Below are positions 37,069 through 47,800 of a DNA stretch of 64,000 nt, in pieces. Within the stretch, counting starts at the first letter, position 1. The number at the start of each line of letters is the position of its first letter. Made by a program: the position numbers and the translations under genes. The stretch is taken from IMG/VR virus record IMGVR_UViG_3300027833_000011; one strand, given 5' to 3'. Below the pieces are notes generated by a model. The model did no database searches. It was not told the origin of the DNA and worked only from the letters and a program-made list of their open reading frames with translations. This stretch comes from a virus (taxonomy: Duplodnaviria > Caudoviricetes).

Positions 37069-37498
37069 CTCAACAAAATTTGAGTTTCTATTAAAATTGA
37101 ATGACAATATTGTATGTCAAAGATATTTTAATGTCAAAGGATTCAATTCTAAAACGTTAAAATCGTTAGAACTTCACTACGAAGTTGCCGATGTAGTCAA
37201 TGAATTAAAAGAAACATTGAAGTACAAAACTAGTGATTATATGGCGGAAAACTATCACTTATTTTTAGATGGTGGTGACTTAGAAAAAGGTAATACTCAG
37301 AGCGATTATTTCACTATTTCGATACGTAAGGACGATAGAGATGTGATTACTCGTTACTTTGAAGGTTCAATCTACCCACCTAAAGTTAGGTACACTGTAG
37401 ATATCAGACCAGTACTAAGAAGAATCTTAAAAAATTTCACCGACACATTGTCAGGAAAAAACGCAACAACAAACTATCTAACTTACAAACTTCAGTAG
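37049..37498 (+). CDS. Hypothetical protein (149 aa) in the replication operon
   Basis: Full ORF overlapping the exonuclease stop. Confidence 0.8.
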   Translation: MKEKNDNSTKFEFLLKLNDNIVCQRYFNVKGFNSKTLKSLELHYEVADVVNELKETLKYKTSDYMAENYHLFLDGGDLEKGNTQSDYFTISIRKDDRDVITRYFEGSIYPPKVRYTVDIRPVLRRILKNFTDTLSGKNATTNYLTYKLQ

Positions 37499-37533
37499 TA
37501 TTTATTTTAGGGTAGTTAATTAAACGAGCATAC

Positions 37534-38928
37534 ATGAAGGATAAAAATTTTGGATATTTAGGACATAGTTTTCAAGTCTCTCTACTAAATAATTTAGTGG
37601 AAGATAAGAGATTTGCGACGACTATCATTGATGTGATAGACCCTAAGTATTTTGACAATCAGTATTTTAAATTGATTGGTCAAATGGTGAAAGAGTACCA
37701 CAGAAAATATGAAACTTCACCTTCATATGACGCACTCGAGCAAATTGCGAGATTAGAGGTAACACAAGAAATGGCACAAAGAAATGTCATGGATATGATA
37801 CGTCAAATCAAAGAGCACGAATCTAAAGACCCATTGTTTATCCAAGAAAAGGCTACTAAGTTTTGTAAACAACAAGAGTTAGGTAAAGCAATGGCTAAAG
37901 TTAAAGAGATAATGGACAAAGGAGACTTTGAAAATTATGAAAGAGCTGAAGCATATATTCGTGAAGCATTACAGGTGGGTGAAAAAGATTTGGGAACCCA
38001 AGACGTATTCGACCACTTAAGTACTGTTTTAGATGATGATTATAGACATCCGATACCTATGGGTATTGACGGGTTAGATAATCTCTTAAATGGTGGTTTA
38101 GCGAAGGGAGAACTTGGAGTGATATTAGCGCCGACAGGTGTTGGTAAAACAACCATACTTAGTAAAATTGCGAACTCCGCGTATAATTTAGGGTATAACG
38201 TACTTCAAATATTCTTTGAAGATAATCCTAAGATTATACAAAGAAAACATTTCACTATGTGGACAGGTATTGCTCCTCAAGAATTGTCAGACAATCGAGA
38301 TGATGTTATGACAAAAGTAAATGAGATTAAAGCCAATAGTAAAGGTAAGTTAATATTAAAAAAGTTACCATCTGATTCTCTTACATTGGGACAGATTAAG
38401 AATCAGGTTAGAAAAATAATCGCAGAGGGGACTAAAATCGATTTGATTGTATTGGATTATATCGATTGTATTGCGGCTGAGAAGAGTTTCAGTGGTGACG
38501 AATGGAAAAGTGAAGGAAATATTATGAGACAATTTGAGGCTATGTGTTACGAATTTGATGTTGCTGCTTGGACTGCAACACAAGGTAATCGTTCTTCGAT
38601 TTCATCTGAGGTCGTTACGACTGACCAAATGGGTGGGTCGATTAAAAAGGCACAGGTTGGACACGTAATTATTTCTGTAGCAAAAACACTTCAACAAAAA
38701 GAATTAGGACTAGCGACAATCGCTATTACTAAGAGTCGTTTAGGACAAGACGGTGTTGTATTTGAAAATTGTAAGTTTGATAATAAATTATTAGATATCA
38801 GTACTGAACAAACAAATACGTTCTTAGGGTTTGAAGAAAACAAAGAAGAAAAAAGAAGGGACCGTGTGTTACAAGCACTACAAAGAAGGAACCAAACTTT
38901 AGGGAAATCAAACAAAACAAATAATTAA
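37534..38928 (+). CDS. dnaB: Replicative helicase (DnaB / T4 gp41-like)
   Basis: GGLAKGELGVILAPTGVGKT, LIVLDYID, WTATQGNR. Confidence 0.93.
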   Translation: MKDKNFGYLGHSFQVSLLNNLVEDKRFATTIIDVIDPKYFDNQYFKLIGQMVKEYHRKYETSPSYDALEQIARLEVTQEMAQRNVMDMIRQIKEHESKDPLFIQEKATKFCKQQELGKAMAKVKEIMDKGDFENYERAEAYIREALQVGEKDLGTQDVFDHLSTVLDDDYRHPIPMGIDGLDNLLNGGLAKGELGVILAPTGVGKTTILSKIANSAYNLGYNVLQIFFEDNPKIIQRKHFTMWTGIAPQELSDNRDDVMTKVNEIKANSKGKLILKKLPSDSLTLGQIKNQVRKIIAEGTKIDLIVLDYIDCIAAEKSFSGDEWKSEGNIMRQFEAMCYEFDVAAWTATQGNRSSISSEVVTTDQMGGSIKKAQVGHVIISVAKTLQQKELGLATIAITKSRLGQDGVVFENCKFDNKLLDISTEQTNTFLGFEENKEEKRRDRVLQALQRRNQTLGKSNKTNN

Positions 38929-38937
38929 AACATTATT

Positions 38938-39918
38938 ATGAAACAAGTAGAACCTATTTTACAGGAGAATAAGGACCGTTTTGTCCTTTTTCCAATCAAA
39001 CACCATGACATTTGGGATTGGTACAAAAAATCTGAGGCGTCCTTTTGGACTGCTGAGGAGATAGATTTATCCGCTGATTTTGGTCATTGGGAGAATCTAA
39101 ACGAAGGTGAGAAACACTTCGTTAAAAACGTATTGGCGTTCTTTGCAGCGTCAGACGGGATAGTTAATGAAAACTTAGCGGAGAATTTTGTTAGTGAAGT
39201 ACAGTATACTGAAGCTAAATTCTTTTACGGTTTTCAAATTATGATGGAGAACATTCATTCAGAGACATATTCTTTGTTGATTGATTCTTACATTAAAGAT
39301 AAGGAAGAACAGAATAAGTTATTCAACGCAATTGAGACAGTACCAGCGGTTAAGAAGAAGGCTGAATGGGCATTAAAATGGATAGATTCTGATTCATTTG
39401 CTGAAAGATTAGTAGCTTTTGCTGCCGTTGAGGGGATTTTCTTTTCAGGGTCATTTGCGTCTATCTTTTGGTTAAAGAAAAGAGGGTTAATGCCAGGATT
39501 AAGTTTTTCTAACGAACTTATCTCAAGGGATGAGGCGTTACACTGTGATTTCGCAGTACACTTACACAACAATCACTTAAACAATAAAGTATCACAAGAG
39601 AGAATCAAAGAAATTATTCTTTCTGCTTTAGAGATTGAGAAGGAGTTTATTACAGAATCATTACCAGTGTCATTAATTGGTATGAACTCAGATTTAATGA
39701 AACAATATTTGGAATATGTTACTGATAGATTATTATCGTCATTAGAATGTCCAAAAGAGTTTGGTTCATCAAATCCGTTTGATTTTATGCAGAATATCGC
39801 ATTACAAAATAAAACAAACTTTTTCGAGAAAAGAGTATCGGAATATTCTAAGAGTGGTGTAGGAGATAAAAAAGAAGATGAAGTTGACCCATTTGGTGGA
39901 ATGGATATCGATTTTTAA
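38938..39918 (+). CDS. nrdB: Class Ia ribonucleotide reductase beta subunit
   Basis: [20 protein letters not shown] (Fe ligands and radical Tyr), [26 protein letters not shown]. Confidence 0.97.
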   Translation: MKQVEPILQENKDRFVLFPIKHHDIWDWYKKSEASFWTAEEIDLSADFGHWENLNEGEKHFVKNVLAFFAASDGIVNENLAENFVSEVQYTEAKFFYGFQIMMENIHSETYSLLIDSYIKDKEEQNKLFNAIETVPAVKKKAEWALKWIDSDSFAERLVAFAAVEGIFFSGSFASIFWLKKRGLMPGLSFSNELISRDEALHCDFAVHLHNNHLNNKVSQERIKEIILSALEIEKEFITESLPVSLIGMNSDLMKQYLEYVTDRLLSSLECPKEFGSSNPFDFMQNIALQNKTNFFEKRVSEYSKSGVGDKKEDEVDPFGGMDIDF

Positions 39919-39932
39919 AAAAAGAAAATAAG

Positions 39933-42410
39933 ATGAGTAAAATGAGAGTATTAAAAAGAGATGGTTCTACTGACACGGTTAGATTAGACAAAATATCATT
40001 AAGGATTAAAAAACAAACTTACGGGTTAAATACCGATTATGTTGATTATAACGCAGTCGCAATTAAAGTCGTAAACGGTTTATATGATGGTGTAACAACA
40101 GATGAATTGGATAATTTAGCTTCTGAAACTGCTGCGTCTATGGCTACGATACATCCTGACTACTCTATACTCGCGGCACGTATCGCAATTACTGCGATGT
40201 ATAAAAACATCGACAAACAATTCACGTCGGTGGCAAGTAAACTATATAATTATATTGAACCAAAAACAGGTGAACAGGCAGGTATGATTTCTGACGGTAC
40301 ATATTCAGTAATTGAAAAGTATGGTGACAAATTAGATAAAATGGTTGTTCATGATAGAGACTTTAACTTTGATTACTTCGGTTATAAAACGTTAGAAAAG
40401 TCTTACCTATTAAAGATTGATGGTAAAATTGCTGAGACACCTCAGCACTTGTATATGAGAGTGGCCGTAGGGATATGGGGTGATAACATTGAAAAGGTTG
40501 AATCGACTTACAATATGTTATCAACAGGTGTTATGACACACGCAACACCAACATTGTTTAATGCGGGAACTAAAAGACCACAATTATCGTCATGTTTCTT
40601 ATTGGATATTGACGACGATTCTATTCAAGGAATATATAAAACATTATCAGATTGTGCTGCGATTTCACAATCAGCGGGTGGTATCGGTCTTAATATTCAT
40701 AAGATTCGTTCTAAAGGTTCTTATATTAAAGGGACTAATGGGACATCTAATGGTATTATACCAATGTTAAAAGTATTCAACGAAACTGCGAGGTATGTAG
40801 ACCAAGGAGGTGGTAAAAGAAAGGGGTCAATTGCCGTTTACTTAGAACCATGGCATGCTGACATCTACGACTTTTTAGATTTAAGAAAGAATCACGGTAA
40901 AGAAGAATTAAGAGCGAGAGATTTGTTCTTGGCGTTATGGATTTCAGATATATTCATGGAGAGAGTTAAGACCAATGGAGATTGGACATTATTTTCACCT
41001 AATGAAGTACCAGGATTGATAGATGCTTATGATGATGGAGAGAATAAGGCGTTTACTAACTTATATCAGAAATATGAATCTGAAGGTAAGGGTAAGACAA
41101 TTAAAGCTCGTGAGTTATGGGCGAGAGTATTGGAATCACAAATTGAAACAGGAACTCCCTATATGTTATATAAAGACCCTGCTAATGCTAAGTCTAATCA
41201 AAAGAATTTAGGGACAATTAAGTCGTCTAACCTATGTACTGAAATTTTAGAGTACACTGATAAAGATGAAACTGCGGTTTGTAACTTAGCGTCTATCGCA
41301 TTACCAAAAATGGTAAACATACCTGAAGGTAAAGTACGTTCACAAAACAAAGGGTTAAGAACGTTTGATTTTGATATGTTATATGATGTTGCTTACAAAA
41401 CAACAGTTAACTTAAATCAAGTGATTGATATTAATTATTACCCAACACCTGAAACTAAACGTTCAAACTTTAGACACAGACCGATTGGTATTGGAATCCA
41501 AGGTCTTGCGGATGTATTCGCAATGATGGGATATCCTTTTGATTCTGAATTAGCGTCTAAATTGAATAAAGATATCTTTGAGACAATTTATTTCGCAGCG
41601 GTTACTGCATCTAAGGATAAGGCGAAGGACGAAGGTCATTATGAGACGTTTAAAGGGTCTCCACTTTCTGAGGGTAAATTCCAATTTGAACTTTGGGGTT
41701 TCACAGATTCTGATATGTCAGGAAAATGGGATTGGAATTCGTTAAGAGATGAGGTGGTAAAACATGGTGTTAGAAATTCATTATTAATGGCACCAATGCC
41801 AACGGCATCTACGGCTCAGATATTAGGAAATAATGAATGTTTTGAGCCATTTACTGCTAATATCTATAAAAGAAATACTTTATCGGGTGAGTATGTGATG
41901 GTAAACAAACATCTTATACAGGATTTGGTAAATTTAGGTCTTTGGAGTGATAAGGTGAGGTTACAAATGTTTGCTGGTAACGGTTCAGTACAACACATCG
42001 ATGAGATACCACAAGAGGTTAAGGATAGGTACAAAACTGTTTGGGAAATTTCACAGAAGAAATTGATTGATATGGCGGCTGATAGAGGTGCATTTATTGA
42101 CCAATCACAGTCTATGAATTTATTTATGGAAGATGTTAACGCGGCTAAACTAACCGCAGCACACTTTCACGCATGGGAGAAGGGTCTTAAAACGGGTATG
42201 TATTATTTGAGAACGAGACCAAAGGCGGAAGCGTTAAAAGGTTTAGGTATTGATATGTCTACAATAGAAGAGACACCAAAAGAAGTTGTTGTCCCACAAA
42301 TTGAGACACCAAAAATAACACAACCAACACCAATGACCGATGAACAGTTATTGAATGATATGGTTTGTTCGTTAGACAACCCTGATGACTGTGAAGCATG
42401 TGGTTCATAA
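39933..42410 (+). CDS. nrdA: Class Ia ribonucleotide reductase alpha subunit with ATP cone
   Basis: VLKRDG ATP cone, THATPTLFNAG, SSCFL, SNLCTEI, CNLAS, APMPTAST, C-terminal CEACGS. Confidence 0.98.
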   Translation: MSKMRVLKRDGSTDTVRLDKISLRIKKQTYGLNTDYVDYNAVAIKVVNGLYDGVTTDELDNLASETAASMATIHPDYSILAARIAITAMYKNIDKQFTSVASKLYNYIEPKTGEQAGMISDGTYSVIEKYGDKLDKMVVHDRDFNFDYFGYKTLEKSYLLKIDGKIAETPQHLYMRVAVGIWGDNIEKVESTYNMLSTGVMTHATPTLFNAGTKRPQLSSCFLLDIDDDSIQGIYKTLSDCAAISQSAGGIGLNIHKIRSKGSYIKGTNGTSNGIIPMLKVFNETARYVDQGGGKRKGSIAVYLEPWHADIYDFLDLRKNHGKEELRARDLFLALWISDIFMERVKTNGDWTLFSPNEVPGLIDAYDDGENKAFTNLYQKYESEGKGKTIKARELWARVLESQIETGTPYMLYKDPANAKSNQKNLGTIKSSNLCTEILEYTDKDETAVCNLASIALPKMVNIPEGKVRSQNKGLRTFDFDMLYDVAYKTTVNLNQVIDINYYPTPETKRSNFRHRPIGIGIQGLADVFAMMGYPFDSELASKLNKDIFETIYFAAVTASKDKAKDEGHYETFKGSPLSEGKFQFELWGFTDSDMSGKWDWNSLRDEVVKHGVRNSLLMAPMPTASTAQILGNNECFEPFTANIYKRNTLSGEYVMVNKHLIQDLVNLGLWSDKVRLQMFAGNGSVQHIDEIPQEVKDRYKTVWEISQKKLIDMAADRGAFIDQSQSMNLFMEDVNAAKLTAAHFHAWEKGLKTGMYYLRTRPKAEALKGLGIDMSTIEETPKEVVVPQIETPKITQPTPMTDEQLLNDMVCSLDNPDDCEACGS

Positions 42411-42430
42411 CCAAAAAAAAATAGATTGAT

Positions 42431-42457
42431 AAAAAGAGGACCTAAGTCCTCTTTTTT
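42431..42457. terminator. Intrinsic terminator after nrdA
   Basis: AAAAAGAGGAC-ctaa-GTCCTCTTTTT(T). Confidence 0.85.
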
Positions 42458-42497
42458 ATTTATTGACTTTAATAGTGGGAGAAAATAGTTAATTTAA

Positions 42498-42504
42498 TAT
42501 TTAT
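42498..42504 (+). promoter_or_regulatory. Putative late-gene motif TATTTAT (baseplate wedge operon)
   Basis: Lies after the nrdA terminator and before ATG 42522. Confidence 0.65.
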
Positions 42505-42521
42505 AGTAATAAAGCAACTAA

Positions 42522-42980
42522 ATGGCGGATATAAATAATTTTGGGATTGATTTTCCTTTTTCGGATTCTACGAATGGGAAGTATTTAAAAATGACGAACA
42601 CTTCAAGTAAAGAAGTTAGGGCGGCATTGATTCATTTGTTATTAACAAGAAAAGGAAGTCGTTATTATTTACCAAGTTTTGGAACCAAACTATATGACCA
42701 TATCTTCGAACCAATGGATGAGAGTTCTTTCAGTAAGATACAACAAGATGTTGATGAGTCTGTTAAAGAATTTTTACCACAACTAACGGTTAATAGTATA
42801 AAGGTTACCCCTTATTTAGAAACAGAAGAAAGTCCTGGTGAGTTTACAACGGGATTAGACGAAAGACTTTATAGGGTGGCCGCTAAAGGTACTGAAGAGT
42901 ACACGGCCAAATTAAGGATTGATTACACAAATAGTATTGGTCAATTCGCAGAAAGAGATTACATTTTAATTAACATATAA
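42522..42980 (+). CDS. Baseplate wedge protein (T4 gp25 / P2 gpW-like)
   Basis: LIHLLLTRKGSRYYLPSFGTKLYDHIFEP is a gp25 signature. Confidence 0.92.
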   Translation: MADINNFGIDFPFSDSTNGKYLKMTNTSSKEVRAALIHLLLTRKGSRYYLPSFGTKLYDHIFEPMDESSFSKIQQDVDESVKEFLPQLTVNSIKVTPYLETEESPGEFTTGLDERLYRVAAKGTEEYTAKLRIDYTNSIGQFAERDYILINI

Positions 42981-42982
42981 CC

Positions 42983-44818
42983 ATGGCAGATAAGATTTCA
43001 TACGTAGAAAGAGACTTTTTGGGGTTAAGAACTGAATTAGTTAACCTAACGAAAGAGTATTACCCAGATTTAATACAAAATTATAACGATGCGTCATTAT
43101 ACTCGGTATTCTTAGATATGAACGCTGCGATTGGTGATAATTTACATTATCATATTGATAGAACAATGCAAGAGACTGTGTTGGACTACGCACAACAAAA
43201 ACAATCGATATATAATATCGCCAGAACTTACGGATTAAAGTTACCGGGTAAAAGACCTTCAGTGACTTTAGTTGACTTTACAGTTAACGTTCCTGTTTCG
43301 GGAGATAAAGAAGATAGTAGATATTTGGGTATTCTAAGAAGAGGAGCTCAGGTGTCGGGTTCGGGACATATATTTGAAACGATTTATGATATTGATTTCT
43401 CAAGTCAGTATGATTTAAAAGGAAACCCAAATAGGACTAAAATCCCTATTGTCGATGGTTCGGGAACTATACTGTCGTATAATATTACGAAAAGAGAGGT
43501 AGTTGTTAATGGTGTTACAAAGGTGTTTAAAAAAGTTATTAGGCCTTCAGACGTTAAACCGTTTATGAGGTTATATTTACCAGATGAGGACGTATTAGGG
43601 ATTGTGGATGTTATAGAAAAACAAGGTACTACGTTTAGCACAATACCATCAGACGCAGAATTTAGAAAAACTAAAAATAAGTGGTATGAGGTTAAAAGTT
43701 TATCACAGGATAGAATTTTTACTCAAGACCCAACATCTCCTTCAGACCAACCAGGTGTTGTAAGGGGTAAGTATAAAACAGTTGATAGAAGGTTTATATC
43801 TGAGTTTACTCCTGAAGGGTTTGCATTTGTTACTTTTGGTGGTGGTAATACCTCGGCTCAAGACCAATTCGATACTTTCGTTGACTTAGAGGGGAGTTAT
43901 GATTTATTAGATTTCACAAATAACCTATCGTTAGGTAAGTCAGTAAAACCAAACACTACTTTGTTTATCAAATATCGTGTTGGTGGAGGAATAACCTCTA
44001 ATGTTGGGGTTGAATCATTAAACGACTTAGGTGATTATGATTTTTCGGTAACAGGACCGTCATCTAATATCAACACACGAGTTATTAACTCTTTAACTGC
44101 TACTAACGTAGCAGCCGCTATTGGTGGAGCGGACAAACCATCGTTAGAAGAAATTAGAAATATGGTTGCGTTTAATTTTGCCGCTCAAGAAAGAGCCGTG
44201 ACATTGAACGATTATAGAATATTAATAAAGACAATGCCAGCAAAATACGGAGCGCCATCAAAGGTGAACGTATTTGAAGAAGATAATAAGATAAGGATTA
44301 ATTTATTGTCTTATGATTCAGATGGTAGTTTAACAAATAAAGTTTCTAACGTTTTAAGACAAAACATCGCTGAATATCTATCAGAATATCGAATGATTAA
44401 CGATTATATTGAGACAGAAGTTGCTGAGATTATTGACTTAGGTTTTGAGATAGATGTTATATTAGATAAGAATGTTAATCAAACAGAAATTATATCTTCA
44501 ATTTTATCAGAGGTATCTTCATATTTAGAGATTGACGGTAGGGACTTAGGTGAGCACTTATATGTTGGAGAGTTAAAACAAATTGTTAACTCACAATCTG
44601 GTGTGGTTAACTTAGTGGATTTAAGAGTCGTTAATAAAGTGGGTGAGGGGTATTCAGATACCAAAACGGCTCAACCATATATTGATGAAGACACCAAACA
44701 AATTCAATTAGGTGATGAAACGGTTTATATGAGAAGTAATCAGATTTACCAAGTTAGGTTCCCAAGTAAGGATATAGTTGTTAGAGTTAAAACAATTTCT
44801 GCACCTTTGATTAATTAA
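42983..44818 (+). CDS. Baseplate wedge protein (T4 gp6 / baseplate J-like)
   Basis: SIYNIARTYG.K, IKYRVGGG, GGADKPSLEEIR, AQERAVTLNDY. Confidence 0.92.
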   Translation: MADKISYVERDFLGLRTELVNLTKEYYPDLIQNYNDASLYSVFLDMNAAIGDNLHYHIDRTMQETVLDYAQQKQSIYNIARTYGLKLPGKRPSVTLVDFTVNVPVSGDKEDSRYLGILRRGAQVSGSGHIFETIYDIDFSSQYDLKGNPNRTKIPIVDGSGTILSYNITKREVVVNGVTKVFKKVIRPSDVKPFMRLYLPDEDVLGIVDVIEKQGTTFSTIPSDAEFRKTKNKWYEVKSLSQDRIFTQDPTSPSDQPGVVRGKYKTVDRRFISEFTPEGFAFVTFGGGNTSAQDQFDTFVDLEGSYDLLDFTNNLSLGKSVKPNTTLFIKYRVGGGITSNVGVESLNDLGDYDFSVTGPSSNINTRVINSLTATNVAAAIGGADKPSLEEIRNMVAFNFAAQERAVTLNDYRILIKTMPAKYGAPSKVNVFEEDNKIRINLLSYDSDGSLTNKVSNVLRQNIAEYLSEYRMINDYIETEVAEIIDLGFEIDVILDKNVNQTEIISSILSEVSSYLEIDGRDLGEHLYVGELKQIVNSQSGVVNLVDLRVVNKVGEGYSDTKTAQPYIDEDTKQIQLGDETVYMRSNQIYQVRFPSKDIVVRVKTISAPLIN

Positions 44819-44898
44819 TCAAGTTTACATTACTTTGTATTATCTTATTATTAATTAGGAAAATATTTAATTTAATATTTATCTAAAAAGAAACACGT

Positions 44899-47800
44899 AT
44901 GTCTAAATCCTATAGAATAAGAACTACACCAGGTGTAGATACTAACATTAAAATCAATATCGACCAAGACTTTGATACGTTAGATATCTTATCCCTAAAA
45001 ATGACACAAACAGGTGACTACACAAGTTTATGTGCTGACTTTGGTGTTGTGGTGGGTAGAGTGTTTACGAACGGGGGGTATGGAGTGCCAAATGCCCGTG
45101 TGTCTATATTTGTACCTATTGATAATATCGATGAGGATAATCCAGTTATTAATGAGATTTATCCCTTCAAAACATCCACGTCAAGAAACGAAAAAGGGTA
45201 CAGGTATAACTTATTACCTAATATAAGACAACATTCGGGGCATACACCGACAGGTACTTTCCCGTCTAAGGTTGATGTTCTGACACAAGAACATGTGTTA
45301 GAGGTATACGACAAATATTACAAATACTCTGCAAAAACCAATGACTCAGGTGACTTTATGTTGTTTGGGGTTCCATTAGGTACACATACATTACATTACG
45401 ACTTAGATTTATCTGACATTGGTTGTCAGTCTTTAGTTCCCTACGATTTGAAATATGAAGGAGTTTCTGATGAAAAATTTGAAAATGCGTATACATTTAT
45501 GTCGTCAGATAATTTAGATAGTCTACCCCAAATCATATCCACACAGAAAACCGTTAATGTTGAACCATTTTGGGGAAACCCTGAATTATGTCAAATAGGA
45601 ATTACTCGTTCAGATTTTGATTTAAAAGAAAGAGGTGTTAGGATAGACCCATACGCTATTATGATGGGTGGTACGTTTACTGATTCAGGTAAAGACGCAC
45701 TACGAGTGAGTTGTAATGTTGATAATCAGATGGGTGAGAAATGTCGACTAACTACATTCAAAGGGGACATCGAAGCAATACGTTTTAGCGGTCAGTATGA
45801 AACTAAATCAGATGATTCTGGAGAGATTGATATGAAAAGACCAATATTAGAAAGTGTATTGTTAGACACTCAGGTTGATGAGAAAGGGGTATATTTTTTC
45901 AGAGTTCCGATGAATATGAAATATGTCACAACTGACGAGTTTGGGTATTTAGTGGAATCTAAAGATGAAGATGTGGGTATACCGACTATGGGTAACTATA
46001 GGTTTAGAATAAGTTTAAACGAAGACACTGGAGAAAGAAATCGTTTTACGGGTAAGTATTTAATCCCTAACGTTAGGGAATATCATAATGATAATGACAC
46101 TAATTTTGTTGGTGGGAGGTCAACAATAGACCCTAAATCGTACTCATTCAGTACTAATTTAGATGATTATCCTGAGGCTGCAATATCTGAGATTGCGGGT
46201 ATGAGTCAAGATGCTATTAATAATAATCAAGTGGGAGTACCACAAGACTATTTTTATCAATACCGATATGGTAGGGTTTATACGGCGTCTAGCTTTATCA
46301 ACCAATATTGGAAGACAGGTTGGTGGGAGAGAGTGTTTAAGATTTTTGTTAGAGATAGGAATGAGTCTTTTATTGGTATAAAAGAGATTTGGCCGTCAGA
46401 AAAAGATGATTGTGCCAATACTAATAACTTCTTTCCGATTAATGATGCGGTTAGAAATCATAGGTTTAATTTCTTTATTTTAACGATACTTAGTTTTGTT
46501 GATTATCTCGGTAAGTTTATAACGTTACTGATAAATGAATTTGTAACTAGAGTGTTGTTTCTCATTGCCGCGGCTTTAGAAAGTATTAAAGTGGCTAAAA
46601 GGGCAGCGGCTAAGATGTATAGAAATGCGAAAGAATACCAATTTAATAATATTATGAAGTTGAGGTTAATCACATATCCCGATTGTTATGACTGTGAAGA
46701 GGATGAAAACCCAAATCAAACAACTACGAATGTAGATATTATTGATAGTGACGTGATATCTACATATGAAGGAGACACCGTACCGACACCAACACATCAA
46801 AATTTAGATTTTGAAGAAAAATATACTCGTGTCTCTGATGATTGTTGGTTACATACGGTAAAAAATGAGACACCGAATGATATAACAATTTTATCTACTG
46901 ACTTTAAAGATTGTGATGGAGAATATATGATTAATGATATTGTTGTATCTCCTGATGAAGAAATAGAACTAAGAGGTGTGAGATTTAACACACAAACAAC
47001 CACCCAAGAACTTATTTTAACCAATTTAAATCTTAGCTTTCCTACATTACCAAATAACGTTGCCAATCCTAGAGAACTAACAGAGCCACAGTCATATAAC
47101 CCTGACGGTGATTTATACTTTCCGATTGGGTTGATACCACCCCCCACAGTTGTTAATCCTGGTGGGGAAGAAATTTATCTATATGAACGATGGGTTATTA
47201 GGATAAATGTATTTGATGATGAGACTGTAGTAGTACCAATTGGGATAGGTCAGACCTATGATATAGTATGGAGTGAGCAATGGAATACATGGGTTATTAA
47301 AGATATCTATGATGAAATTGCTGAAGTATTAGCAGAGGTTTATAATAAAGAGGTTGATGAACCTATTTCAAATACTTGTCACCCTAATAGTGGTGTAGTA
47401 AAGGTTGAATACCTTTGGAAGATTGATGATGTTGAACCTGAAGATGTGGTGTTTACTGAAATAGAGTCGGGTTGTTCTAAATATGACTATATTATAGAAG
47501 ATGAGCCGGGTAGTAATGGTTTTTTTGGGGGTGATATGAACTTAAGACCGTTTGTCGATGGATTTGACACTACTGGTGACGGTATTGAGGATATAGTAAC
47601 ATATGTAGAGGCTAAAGAATATTTAGATAATAATCCACCGAGAGAGGATATATTTCCTTTTACGACAGGACAAAGTGCGATTTGGCGACAATATGACACG
47701 ACTGAAAATTATGAAGAAAACATTTTAGGCGAGAACGAAGAAGAATGTGAACCAAGACCTCCATATAACGTTTTAGCAGTTCTTTCTAAACATCGTAAAG

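Noticed and set aside
3102-42410. Inteins, introns or homing endonucleases in pol, dnaB, uvsX, nrdA or nrdB
   Set aside because: Motif spacing and lengths are normal; no Hint or LAGLIDADG/HNH/GIY-YIG inserts seen.
38938-42410. Eukaryotic giant virus origin suggested by eukaryote-like RNR, PolB and SNF2
   Set aside because: Sheath, tube, baseplate, gp32-like SSB, intrinsic terminators and bacterial promoters indicate a tailed phage.
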